The position numbers were made by a program, and so were the translations under genes. Positions 1 through 22,818 of a DNA stretch of 64,000 nt are shown in pieces; the first letter of the stretch is position 1, and the number at the start of each line of letters is the position of its first letter. The stretch is from the human T2T-CHM13v2.0 reference genome, Homo sapiens. The notes beneath the pieces were generated by a model. It worked only from the letters and a program-made list of their open reading frames with translations. It was not told the origin of the DNA and searched no databases. The stretch lies in assembly GCF_009914755.1 (NCBI RefSeq), contig NC_060930.1. One strand, given 5' to 3'.

Positions 1-74
1 TATCAGTCAAGATATAGAAATGTGATGGTCTCACAAATCCTATGCAATTGTCTCTTTTGCTGGCAAAAGTATGA

Positions 75-4933
<4,859 letters not shown>

Positions 4934-5659
4934 TAAAAAGAAGAAAAAAAAAATTGAAGAAAAAAAGCAATATGCTTTATGCAAAGATGTGTTTTAGCTG
5001 TTTAAAACTTATGTTAGTGCAAGTTTGTGTTACTAATTTCCTGTTTTCTCTTCAGTGTTTAGAAACCCACAGAACCAGGCCTGTTCACTAGGTTTTTCTG
5101 CGTGTAGTGAAGTATTTTTCTATAATAAACATTGAATCATTTTACTGCAACTTTTCCAAATCTGGTTCTGATTTGTTTGCCACTCATCTTCATCAGCCTT
5201 CATCCCTCCCAAACTAATGTGTCTTTTTTCTCATGAGAAGTTTTCTATGTTTACAAATGAAGAAGTTTCTAAGTGAAGATTAAGTCATAATTATTTTTGC
5301 TAATCAAAATTGAACATTCTTTTCAGGCAAATGTTTTTGTTGTTGTTTTCTTTTTTTGGCTTCTAAATACAGTTGCCCTCTGGGCTGGCTGAGGCAGAGT
5401 ACAGAAAGCCTTGTTCCAACTGTCCAGAGTTCTGGTTGGCAGAAGACAATAGAATAGCGAACAGGTGCCTGTAGTCAGCACAGCCCAGCTTGTGTGTGGA
5501 GCGCAGTAGGTCTCAACCATGATAAAGTGGAAAAACACAAAAACCATGGCTACTCTTTAGTTTCCTATCTTTCACATCCCTTATTTTTCTCCTTTGAGGA
5601 GGCAGTTTAAGCACATCTTGATTCATGGAGAGACCTAAAGATCCAAAGTATCTAAAAAG

Positions 5660-6255
<596 letters not shown>

Positions 6256-7039
6256 TGCAGCAAACAGAACTGGATTTGCTCCTAGTTCTGGGAGAGTCAA
6301 GAGTGCTCCCTTCTGTCTTCACTCTTTTCTCACCTTCCGCTCTCCCAGTCTGTCTCTCCCCTATACACAGCTCAGGTCATTGCAGAGCTAGTAAACCTTA
6401 TATCCTACAAGGAGAAAACAGAGCAGCCACCCTCACTGCCCCTCTGCCCTGTCTCGGAGGGCTGCAGGAGTAATGAGTCTGAACCGGCAAGTGCAGGCAG
6501 AACTCACACATAGCCATCCTGAAGCAGTAACAAGCCTTTCTTTGGCTCTGCCCATGTCACTGTTGTTAGTTCAGTGCCAGCATGGGAGGATTCAGAGTAA
6601 ACCATCATTGAAAGAAAGTACAGGGAGAAAAATGGCAATCAGGGCACTGGTAGATGCCTAGCAGCCACAAAGCTTCCTCCTCACCCTCTGCAGTCAGGCT
6701 CTTTTGGAAGGCAGCTTCAGAGATTGGGAAAGGTCAGGGAACAACAGTAGCCTCTTTTAAAGGTTTGTATTACGAGACTTAGGAAGGAAACGTGAATGAG
6801 TTGAGGTTATTTAGCCTGTACGCGAGAACATGAAAAGGAGTGGAAATTTGTTTTCTTTGAGTCTAAGAAGGGTTATTTTGGGAAGTGTGGCTACCAGCTA
6901 TTCCCTTTTTCCATTGCGGGTAGGCCAAGAAGGTCTGGGTTTAAGTTACAGTGGGTGAGATGGAAGTTAACCCGTATTCAAGTGTTTTGAGTGCTGACGG
7001 TGTGCCAGTCACAGTGAATTAGCAGAAGGAAGAAGTGCG

Positions 7040-7700
7040 CCAGATATTGAGAAGTATGGGCTCTGGGGCCAGCCAGCCTGGCTTTGAATTCTGGCTTCAA
7101 CACATAGTAGTGTTGGAACCTTGGACAAGGTACTATACCTCTAAGCCTCAGTTGCCTCATCTGTAAAATGGGTATAATATACCTACTTCCTCATCAGTTA
7201 TTTTTAAGATTAAGAGTTAATATAGGTAAGGTGCTTTAAAAAGTGGCTGGTATATATTAATCACATTTATATGTGATAAAAATAAATATTAGCATGAGCA
7301 GTAGAAAGGATCTTAGGGTAATTTGGGCCAGCATTTCATTTTACAGATAAAGAGGCAGACATAGAGATAGAATCGAGATTAGAAGCCAATTCTGTAGACT
7401 TCTAGTCCAGGGTGGTTGCCACTAGTCCTAGCTGTTTTAGGACTTCGTATTGCTTCAAAAGCATTTCCCTTTAGGTTCCTCTTCCTTCCCCTCCTCCTGA
7501 TAGCTGGTATTTCTAGAGTACAGGCATATGTGCCCTCATTTAATCCCTTACAGCAGGCTATGAAGCAAGTGCCACTATTATCCCCATTTTCTCAGAAGTG
7601 ACATCTGAGGCTCAGAGAGCCTGCCCAAGGCTACACAGAAGTTCAGCCTGGATTAAAACCCAGACCTGACTTCAGAGCCTGTGCTCTTAACCACACCACT
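7040..7700. mobile_element. MIR elements
   Basis: MIR core ctaagcctcagttgcctcatctgtaaaatggg (7141-7172) and an opposite-strand copy at about 7520-7700. Confidence 0.7.
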
Positions 7701-7755
7701 GATTTTCCTTAGAAAGTCCCAGTGGAGTGCAGTTGTGCTCAGTTAAACCATGTGA

Positions 7756-11465
<3,710 letters not shown>

Positions 11466-12136
11466 ATTGGAAACAGACAAAAGTTTATCTGAGGACATAA
11501 GTTATAAGGCTCCTTATAGTTGTCCAGAGGTGAAAGGTGAGACATGCCTGAAATAAGTACCTGGACTTTTAAGGGAAAAGGAGGACTCAAGCATGATCCC
11601 CCCCCCCCCCGCCCTGAAGTTCTGGGTGGAAGGCGATACCACCCCTGGGATAGGGGATACTGGAAGTACAATAGTTCTGGAAGGTTGGGACACATTGTGA
11701 GTTCTGTTGAGGACTTATTCCACGTGTGGTACATGTGGGATGTTCCCTGAGGATGGTTAACAAGCTCAGTAGATAAATGGGTCCGAGCACAGGAGAGATG
11801 TTGGAGTAGGCAGAGAGAACCATCAGCAGTGGGGTTAACTGCCTGCCTTCAGCAGGGCTCCTTCCTAAGGGGAGAAAGTTTAGAAATGGGTTTTGATCAG
11901 TGATTTCTTACTTTATGACCAGTTTGATTGGCATGCTTCTCTTCTATGCTTAACTTTTAGAATTCTTAGATAATGTGTATTTTGAGCCCTTTTCATAAAA
12001 ACCAATATAGTTCACTACTTTGAAGAATTCATCTTTTTTCTTCTTGGCTGGCTGGCCTCATTAACTCCTTCCCTGAGTGTCTTTGCGATAGGAGAAAGCT
12101 GGTTAACTCATAATGTGATACTGTTTATTTTCTTAG

Positions 12137-12232
12137 ATTTGTGACCCAGAAGGAAATCTCTGACCTCAGCTGTGGCTCTTGGTGCTGGCCAGAAGCCAAC
12201 TTCATGTCTGAGTGCACGAGCAGCAGTTTGCC
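12137..12232 (+). other. ZNF76: ZNF76 exon 2, 5'UTR portion (exon 1 lies upstream of the window)
   Basis: Acceptor tttattttcttag ends at 12136; in-frame TGA at 12209-12211 precedes the strong-context gccATGg at 12233. Confidence 0.85.
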
Positions 12233-12305
12233 ATGGAGAGCTTGGGGCTGCACACGGTGACCCTTAGTGATGGGACAACAGCCTACGTCCAGCAAGCTGT
12301 CAAAG
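12233..12305 (+). CDS. ZNF76: ZNF76 exon 2 coding part (start codon; first activation-type repeat)
   Basis: MESLGLHTVTLSDGTTAYVQQAVK; donor AAG|gtaagt. Confidence 0.96.
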
Positions 12306-12731
12306 GTAAGTATTTCTGGGGACCTCAGGATCCTGCCCTGTCCCTCAGCCTCTGGAAAGGAGTGTCCATTTCTAAGAGTCCCACCATCACCTTGCCCTCC
12401 CGCCTGCTTACCCTTGCCCACCACCACAATTTGCTCTGCATTAGAATCTCCTGTGGTGCTTGATGAAAAGGGAACTCTAAAATAAAATGCTACAAGTCAG
12501 ACAATCCCAGTCATAGGAACCAATACCTCTCAAAGACAGAATTCCTAATATGTAATAAGCAGTTGATAAATATTTCTGGAATGAACACAGTGTTAGTTAT
12601 GACTCCCTGCTTTTCAGATATCCCCTGTCACAGTTTTTTAGTGCTTTCTAGAAGCAGTTTATCATCTTAATTCAAGTATATTCAAACATTCAAACTACTA
12701 AGCATCTGCCATGTACAAGATGCTCTTTTAA

Positions 12732-13038
12732 GCCAGGCATAGTGGCTCATGTCTATAATCCCAGCACTCAGAAGGCTGAGATGGAAAGATCACTTGAGGC
12801 CGGGAGTTGGAGACCAGCCTGGGCAACATAGCAAGACTCTTGTCTCTAAAAAAAATAATAAAAATAATAATCTGGGTGCAGCAGCATGCACCTTTAGTCC
12901 CAGCTATTCAGGAGGCTGAGGCAGAAGGATCACTGAAACCCAGGAGTTTGAGGGTTCAGTGAACTATCACTGCACCACTGCACACCAGCCTGGGTGACAG
13001 AGCAAGATCCCATCTCTTAAAAAAAAAAAAAAAAAAAG
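12732..13038 (+). mobile_element. AluJ-like element
   Basis: Diverged Alu dimer with A-tail; TSD-like aagatgctct/aagatactct. Confidence 0.88.
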
Positions 13039-13097
13039 ATACTCTTCCTGATTCAGAGAGGAACACCCAAGCAGAGATCTCATGCCCTAATCCCCAC

Positions 13098-13520
13098 TAG
13101 GGGATGCCAGAATTGAAAATATAGGACATGTAGTTAAATTTGAATTGGACGTAACAATGAATACTCTTGTAGGATACATACATCCCAAATGTTGTAGGGA
13201 CGTATGTATACCACATACTAGGGACATACATATACCCCTTATAAGGGATAGACATATATAAATGTGGGATTAAGCTGGGCTTGGTGGCATGCACCTGTAG
13301 TCTCAGCTACTTGGGAGGTTCAGATGGGAGGATCTCTTGAGGCCATAAGTTTGAGGTCAGCCTAGACAACAGCAAGACCCCATCTAAAAAAAAAGTAGGG
13401 GGTGTTAAATACTATAAAATACTAAAATAATAATACCAAGTTCTAAAAAAAAAAAAAAAAGTATTGTTTATCTGAAATTCAGATTTACCTGGGCATCCTG
13501 TATTTTATCTGGCAATTCTA
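13098..13520. mobile_element. MER53-like hAT MITE interrupted by an Alu monomer (about 13274-13395)
   Basis: Ends tagggatgccaga... and ...tctggcaattcta; internal gttaaatttgaatt / aaattcagatttac palindrome as in my recollection of MER53. Confidence 0.7.
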
Positions 13521-14521
13521 TCCTTACACTGAAGGTACTTAAAATCAAGGTAGGTGTGGAGTCAGAATAAAGTGTTTAGGGCAAGGCCTGCAGGCCAGGG
13601 ACACTTTTCCTTTCTTGCCAGTGTTCTCAGGCAGCCAGATAGCATTCGTGTCTTCCTTGGACAGCACCTTGAACAAGGCAAATACTGCCTTGTTCCTACT
13701 GTTCATTTGGCGTTTTCTGGACTCCATGATTGTCACTGTCCTCCTGAAGCACTGTCATTGCAACATTGCCCTCCTTTATTTCAACACACTCTCAGAATAT
13801 ATTTCTGCTCCTAAGTTTACAGATAAGTTGTTTATTGATTTCATTTTAAGTTGTCTGTTTCCTGATGATGACTAAGGAGTCCCCTTAATCTCATCAGTAA
13901 GCACTTTCCATATGACAGTGTGTGGGGGTCCCTTCTGGAAAGGTTTCTTGTCAAGAGCTGTCTGTGACATGTGGGTTCTTGTTGGCTTCATCTTCTTGAG
14001 AACGCAACTTCTCTAGAATGCTTTTGAAGCCTGAAACTCTCTGTTTGCAGACTTCCCACTCCAGGTCTTGCCCCTCCAGTGCAGTCTCCATGGGATGGAA
14101 GAACTTAGAACTCTAGCTAGGGTTGTGTTTACTCCTTGGACCCAGTTAGTTCCCGTGCCTCAGTCTTCCACTGAGAATTAATGGTCAAACAAATGAATAA
14201 AAAGCAAGTGACCACACCTGACCTGAGAGAGCCACTCTTTCCTTATATCTATCCTTCTTACGTATTTCTTTATTCTGTCAGTCTTCCTGGCTGTTCTTTG
14301 CCCACTCTGTAGTGTTGCAGTGTGCACTTACACACACACATATGCAAACACACACTCACTCACAACAGATTTTCCCTCTGCTCAGGGTAGAGCTCTCCTT
14401 CAGAGACCAGAACCACACTTTCCTGAAAGGCTTCTCTGACTTCTCCTCTGAAGCTTTTGACTGAGGCATTTTTGTCTCTGTCTGCTGGAAGCCCTAAAAT
14501 TGTAAGAGACTTATCTTTAAT

Positions 14522-14634
14522 TAGGATGAGTATAAAATGTATTATTCAAACCCAGCATTTTAAAAGTGGAAGAATGTGCTATTAATAAATGCACTAGGAC
14601 TGTTCCAGGCAAACTGGGGCGTATGGTCACCTCT
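14522..14634. mobile_element. MER81-like hAT-Blackjack element
   Basis: gctattaataa...ggactgttccaggcaaactggggcgtatggtcacc matches the recalled MER81 end. Confidence 0.6.
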
Positions 14635-15157
14635 CTGTAATGGGATATGAGGCCCTTGTCAGTCAGCTGTTCTCCCCACTGCCTCTCTCCATTGTAGTCT
14701 CTGGTTGTTTGAGGAAATAGTAGGCTAAGTTTTTTCTTCAGACAACTCTTCTCAACATTTTGTTTTCTACCTTGAAGCAGTACCCACTCTGCTGGCCGTA
14801 GCTTGCTGATGCTTTCAGAACCCCAAGTACTGATGCCCTTGCCAGGACAGATAAATTGTTAAAATGAGGGTAGCCTACTGCTCTGTGGGTGGGAGGGAAG
14901 AAAATGGGTTCATCTTCCCCCCATCTCAGCTGCCTTTCCTATTTCTTACCTTTATCTCCACCTTACCTGCCTTTGGTTAGTTGTAGGACTGTTAGTTACT
15001 GACCCCAAGAAGACTCAGTTTGGGAGCAAGTTTGGGGATTCCTCTAAAGGGGAGACGTCAGCAGAGACTTGGGCTGGAAGTAACTGTCTTTCCCACCTGA
15101 GCGCTCAGTTTCCTAAACCTCAATCTTCTAAGGAAAGGACAAATCACTTGTCATTAA

Positions 15158-16184
<1,027 letters not shown>

Positions 16185-17208
16185 TAGTTCTAATTTCAAG
16201 AGCCTTATTAGAAGTGCTTTCCAGTAAGGTAAAGGAAGAGTAATATCTTAGGAAATCTGGAGGCTTGTTAATTTTTATGCTGCTTGTTGTGTTGCCTTAG
16301 GTGATCTAATTTTTTACTAGAAAATTGAAATGAAAAATGAGAGGTCAATGAAGGAACATTACTCAACAGTGGCAGTGGAATAAGACCTTCATGGACACAT
16401 AATAGCATAATAGTTGTGCTCACATAGTTCTCTATTGCTTTACTTTCCATTTCTTCTAAAATGCATATTGGGCTTATAATAAAAGCTAGGATTTATTGAG
16501 GGCTGACCATATATACCTGGCACTCTTCCCAGTTTTTTATATTCGTTAACTCATTTAACCCTAACAGCAACCCTATAAGAGACACAGTTTTCAATCCCCA
16601 TTTTAAGAAAAGGAAACTGAGGCACAGAGAGGTTAGTTAAATAAGCTGTCCAAGGTCACACAGCTGTTAAGAGGTAGAGCTGGAATTCAAACTCTGGAGG
16701 CCTGGCCTGGTTCCAGAGTCTATTGTTTTTAACCATTAAGCTATATATCCTGCCTTCACAGGGGCTCCTGGTCTTAGCACACTGTCATAGTGAGGGATGA
16801 GGGGATATGTTTTGATTTTGTTAGTTTGAGCTATATCTGAATTTTGACCCACTGGGGCTCATCCAGGTTTAAGGGCCATTAGTTCAAGTCTCAGCAACTT
16901 ACTATTAGGTTGGAAGTTTCCACTTGGCTGGGCATGGGTAGAATAATAAGTGAAGTTATTCCTCCTGTTAGTAACTGGAAGGGAATCTGTTGGGAGGTGA
17001 TGGGTTCGGCAAGGCAAGTGTCTTCACCCTTAGTGTCTCAAGGCCCAGGCCCAGGGAGACAGAGCAAGGGAACAAGGAAGATGTTACCCATGCTTAGACC
17101 TGCAGGCTCGTGCCTAGAGACTCAAATAAGCCTCAGCTAAAAACAGGCAGGCGTTTCTTAGCCCTCTTCTGGTCCTGGCCCATTTCTCTCTATTTCCACT
17201 CTTAACAG

Positions 17209-17289
17209 GAGAGAAGCTTCTTGAAGGGCAGGTGATCCAGCTCGAGGATGGGACCACCGCATACATTCACCAGGTGACGGTACAGAAAG
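17209..17289 (+). CDS. ZNF76: ZNF76 exon 3
   Basis: cttaacag| GEKLLEGQVIQLEDGTTAYIHQVTVQK |gtgagg; 81 nt, phase 1-1. Confidence 0.95.
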
Positions 17290-17402
17290 GTGAGGGCACC
17301 CCAACACACCATGCCTTGTCGAGGGAAGCCTGACAGCCCCCACCAAGGGACCCCTCCATGGCACTGAGCTCCAGGGAAAGGCAGGCATTGCTCTCGTTAC
17401 AG

Positions 17403-17480
17403 AAGCTCTCTCCTTTGAGGATGGTCAGCCTGTGCAGCTGGAAGATGGCAGCATGGCTTACATACACCGCACACCCAGAG
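17403..17480 (+). CDS. ZNF76: ZNF76 exon 4
   Basis: gttacag| EALSFEDGQPVQLEDGSMAYIHRTPR |gtaggg; 78 nt, phase 1-1. Confidence 0.95.
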
Positions 17481-17849
17481 GTAGGGTCACCATCATCACA
17501 ACTCGGGGAAGGATGGGAGGCAGGACTGGAGGATGGGGTGGCAGGACTGGAGGATGGGATGGCACACAACTGGGGTGTAGACATGGGAGCTGTCATCTCC
17601 ATGGTACACACATGCTCACCTGGATTAGCAGCCTTGCCCACCTTCCCTGGTGCAGACCACAGGAGCAGCTATGTCTGCAACTGGGAGGTGAGCCTTGGAG
17701 ATCAGTGACGTGGACTTTGATGGTGGCCTTGGCTCCAGCACAGCCACAAAGTCTTAGGGCTTTAAATAGGACCCGAGGATATCATCCAAGACCAGGAAAA
17801 AAAACTAATATTTTAGAATGAAGCTCCTAAGGTGCTGAAGAATAACAAT

Positions 17850-18485
17850 TTATTCCTTCCGCAGGTGGTTTCTTGAGTGACTGTTGCATGCCTGGCGTTG
17901 TGTTAGGTGTGCAGTATACAAGACAGAACAAAGTCAGACACAGTCCCCGCTCTCCTAGAGTCTAGAGGGGGAAACAGAAGTGAAACAAGCCATCAGTGAT
18001 GAACTGATCATTACAAACAGAGATCAGGCTCAGGGAGGGCTTCTCTGAGGTAGTGATGCTTGAGCTGAGAGGTAAAGAATGAGGTAGACTTAGCTGGGGG
18101 AAGAGGGATGGCAGGGAGGGTTCAGTACTTCAGGCAGAAGGAATAGCATGTGCAGGCCTAGAGCTGGGGGGAAGAAAGAACAGCACATTCCAGGAACTGC
18201 TAGGAGCTAGAGCCCTGGGAGTGAAGGCAGAATGAGCAGGAGGAAACTGGAGAGAGAAAGACAGGGCTGGTGCACTCTGGGTTTGAGTGTCAGGGTGAGG
18301 ATTTTGGTCTTTATCCTGAGACCAGTGGGAAGCATTTAAACTGTTGAGGCAGTTAAGTGACATGGTCACATTTGTGTCCCGCAAAGATCCCTCTGGATGT
18401 TGTGCTGCCTGGAGGGAACTAGAGGGGGTGAGGAGCGACTGGTCAGGAGGCTATTGTGGTCATCTAAGCCAAAATGATGATGGGC
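17850..18485. mobile_element. L2 fragment
   Basis: L2-like motifs (cagggagggcttctctgaggtagtgatgcttgagctgaga; ggaggctattg). Confidence 0.6.
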
Positions 18486-18726
18486 CCCTGTCAGGTCCTC
18501 AAGGAGCTTGTGAGTTCCCATTTAGTGTACCATAGGAGACCTCATCCTTAGGTGAGACAGCTGCAGAAGGAGGGCCAGCAAGAGTGAATCACAAAGTGAA
18601 GGGCCATGAGAAATTGGATGTTGAAACCCTCCTTGGTATATGTATCTCTCATTAACTTAAAGCTAGGGTCCCAGCTGTATCTCTTCCCCTTGTGTGGCAT
18701 CAGGGCTAACCGCGTGTTCCCTGCAG

Positions 18727-18926
18727 AAGGCTATGACCCCAGCACCCTGGAAGCCGTCCAACTGGAAGATGGCTCCACTGCCTACATTCACCACCCTGTG
18801 GCTGTGCCATCGGAGAGCACCATCCTGGCCGTACAGACAGAGGTGGGCTTGGAGGACCTGGCAGCAGAGGATGATGAGGGCTTCAGTGCAGACGCAGTGG
18901 TGGCCCTGGAGCAGTATGCCAGCAAG
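18727..18926 (+). CDS. ZNF76: ZNF76 exon 5
   Basis: ccctgcag| EGYDPSTLEAVQLEDGSTAYIHH...LEQYASK |gtgagc. Confidence 0.95.
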
Positions 18927-19733
18927 GTGAGCACGCACAGCGTGACACGGTCTGTCACTCTAGACAACCGGGCCTGGCCTGCGCACTGCCTCTTGGCCCT
19001 GCCAGAACTTCACCTCTCAAGAGGACAAGGGCAGCCCTGTGCTTGGGCACCATGTGGGATATTCCCTTTGCCCCTCCACCCCAGCTCCCCCAACTCACCT
19101 GTCACACATCATTGTCTAGGGCATGCAACACAGCCTGGCCTGGCCGCTGACAGCTGTTTACGCTCACTTTTGTTTACGCTGTCTTTGCAGAGGGAAAGCT
19201 GCCATAAGAAACAGTGGCATCCTTATGCTGAGGAGTTAGGCCCAGCTTCACTTTGGCTGCTGTAGTAATCCTCTGCACTAGCTGGGAAAGCCCTGCCAGT
19301 GACTTGTATTAGCTTTCTAGTCCACTGAGGTAATTGTATTTATTTCTTCTCTGTGACTCAGTCATTTGGAAAATTAACCTCAGTGGGCTATGACAAGGGC
19401 ATGTGCAACAGAACAGCTGGGATTCCTGGATTATGAGGCCCACACAGTAGCTCAGCTGGAAAGGAAAAGGGTCCTGGCTCTGCAAATACCAGTCAGTCCA
19501 AGTTCTTTCTGCCGAAACCATGGTCCTGCATGTGGGGAAAAGGGTACAGACATCTCTGAGCTTTCCAAACCAGGGTGTTCCCTTCCTGGAATGACTACAG
19601 AGCCTCAGGCTGGATGTGCCAGGGCTTCCTGCACGTTCCTTCCTTCCAGCAGTTTTACCCGAAGATGGGGGAGGTTTTTTATTTATAATGAAACCAGTGT
19701 GACTGAATGATGGAGGAAAAAAGGAAGTCCTCA

Positions 19734-20052
<319 letters not shown>

Positions 20053-21346
20053 GTCACAAAACTTTACAGTAGGCTACATTCACTCCCACCCAGGTTCCCT
20101 GAGGTATATCTTAGAGACCAAATTTGAGACTCGATGTTGATGTAAAGAGAAGTGGGTTTTATTTAAATCATGAGCCCTGAGATCTATGCTTGCTCTACCT
20201 CTACCTAGTCCAAACTTGGGTGAGTCCCTCCTCTCCTCGACCTCAGCTTATTCCTAATATGATGAGATGGGACCAGATGATCTCAGAGGTCACTTCCATC
20301 CCTGATGTCCCTTGATTCCCGTGATTACCCCAGGAGCTAGTGAGACATGGAATGAAATCCAAGTGCCTGTGTGGGTTAGCCCGCCAAGCAGGTCAGGCCA
20401 CCTCTGACCCTACCCTCTACCCAGAAGCTGTTTAAGTGTCCGTGAAGCTCTCAGCTGCTTGAGCCTCTGAGCTGGAGCCTAACTAGACAGACCTTGCCAT
20501 GAATTTGGCCTCACCCCTCTGTCCCCTGCTCACTGTAACTTGTAGAGTTCAGTTTCAGGAGCTCCTGGAAAGACCAGAGTGTGATTCTGAAGCATTCTAG
20601 AAAGAAAGACTAAGGGATAGTCCCACCAGGACCCTGCCCAGGAAAGCAGAAGAGCAATAAGGGCTCCCTGCATCCAGAGGCTGGTGTGAGATGGGTGGCT
20701 TTAGCAATATCCCAGAAGAGGAGACAAAAGGGGAGGACTTGTCAGCTGGGTGCTGTCATTAGAGCTGACATTTCTGGTGGAAACTGCAGCACTCCCCTGG
20801 GTGCTTCTGGTCGTGGCCACCTCACTCTGGGCCCCAAGTCCTATCAGATGAACCTAGGTGAGCTCATCTCCACAGCAAGCCCCCTTGTTTATGTACTTTT
20901 AAGCACTAGTTTCGTGCCAGGAGGAAGGGGACCCCTCCCATCAGAAGATGGAGGTCTTGAGAGTTGCAGGCTCCTAGGTGTGTGTGCTTAGAAGGAGGGT
21001 TTCTGGCACTTGGTCCAGTTCAAGCATGGCCATTCAGACAACCTCCCTTTTCACCTTACCTAGCTGTCTATGTGATAGCCTTTCTTCAATAGCCGTCACA
21101 GCCACTATGACCTGTAGGTCTCCCTTTATCCCATCAGAGATGGGTGGTGACTCCCCATGCCCACCCTGTTTCTTCTGTAGCATGCCCCAGCATCTGTTCC
21201 TTGTCCGTCTAGTTATGTTCTTCTGCCCCAGAGGCCCCTGACAGGTTTAACCCTGCCTGTTGGGTCTTAAGCTGCCAGCAGGGCCCTGTGTCCCACCTTC
21301 TTCACTGGGGAGAATACATATAGGGATCTCAAGACTTTTCCCCCAG

Positions 21347-21463
21347 GTTCTTCATGACAGCCAGATTCCCCGTAATGGAAAAGGGCAGCAAGTTGGAGAC
21401 AGAGCATTCCGCTGTGGCTACAAGGGCTGTGGGCGTCTCTACACCACCGCTCATCACTTAAAG
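21347..21463 (+). CDS. ZNF76: ZNF76 exon 6 (start of zinc finger 1)
   Basis: ttttcccccag| VLHDSQ...[19 protein letters not shown] |gtaagg. Confidence 0.96.
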
Positions 21464-21721
21464 GTAAGGTTGCTGGCAGACAGCCGTCAGCTCTGCAGTC
21501 TTCCCTCCCAGGCTGTAATTCTACCTTTCTGCTTTGATTGGAATTGGTCCCTGCCCTCACGTTGCTGGAGGGAAGAAATGAGGGTACACAGGAATGCCAG
21601 CACAGAGCGCTTGACACACATGAATGGTACAGGAGGGAAGAGAATCAGGGTCCTAAAGAAAACCAAAGAGCCCTGGTCATACCCTTGCTCCTCTGAATTA
21701 TGTGATTGCTTGTCCTCACAG

Positions 21722-21797
21722 GTGCATGAACGAGCTCATACAGGTGACCGTCCATACAGATGTGACTTCCCCAGCTGTGGAAAGGCCTTTGCCACAG
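21722..21797 (+). CDS. ZNF76: ZNF76 exon 7 (ZF1-ZF2)
   Basis: ctcacag| [25 protein letters not shown] |gtaacc. Confidence 0.96.
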
Positions 21798-22291
21798 GTA
21801 ACCTGCCTGGTGGGCTGCTTCCAGTTGAGGGTGGAGGGTTCTCGTTCTGTTTGGGACCTCTCTGAAGGGAACCCAACACCAGGCTGCTTTCCTGGAGAAA
21901 CTACCGTCAGAGTACTCTGACTTGCAGGGTGCTCTCTCTGGAGGAAACCTTGTTACGGGAGTGCAAGGCAGCATGGTTCAGGCCAGCAGAAGGAGCCTGG
22001 AGGGTTGGTGGAGAGACCCAGCCTCTTGTGTCAGCTCTGATGCCAACCAGCTGTGGATTATTGGGTGGGCCATTGCATCTCTCTGGGCTTATTTTCCCCT
22101 CTGTGAAACTAGTACCTTTAGCCATGAGTTCTCTAAGTTTCTTTTCATGCTCATGTTCTGGTATGGCTCCAACTGCTCCTGGAGAGGGAAGCAGGGCAGA
22201 GTGGGCTTTTCCAGCCCCTGCCCAGGGCAGGGGTGGGATAGAGGCAGACATGGGCTTCTTGAGCCAAAGGAGGTGGAGAGCCTGTGCATGA

Positions 22292-22552
<261 letters not shown>

Positions 22553-22638
22553 TAGACCTGGAGCCCAGTGCCATCCCCAGCTTGCTCCAGCATGGCCCTC
22601 TTTCCCACACCCCTCCTCACATCCCACCATTTGCATAG

Positions 22639-22818
22639 GTGAACGCCCGTTCCAGTGCCCTTTTGAGGGCTGTGGCCGCTCCTTCACCACATCTAACATC
22701 CGCAAGGTACATGTGCGCACCCACACAGGCGAGAGGCCCTACACCTGCCCGGAGCCCCACTGTGGCCGCGGCTTCACCAGCGCCACCAACTATAAGAATC
22801 ACGTGCGCATCCACACAG
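22639..22818 (+). CDS. ZNF76: ZNF76 exon 9 (ZF4-ZF5)
   Basis: [12 protein letters not shown]...[18 protein letters not shown]...HVRIHT. Confidence 0.96.

Noticed and set aside
11598-11610. C13 homopolymer
   Set aside because: Isolated simple repeat with no supporting context
18927-19265. Exon 5 frame stays open about 110 codons into intron 5
   Set aside because: Ends in a stop with no nearby poly(A) signal seen; plausible by chance in GC-rich DNA
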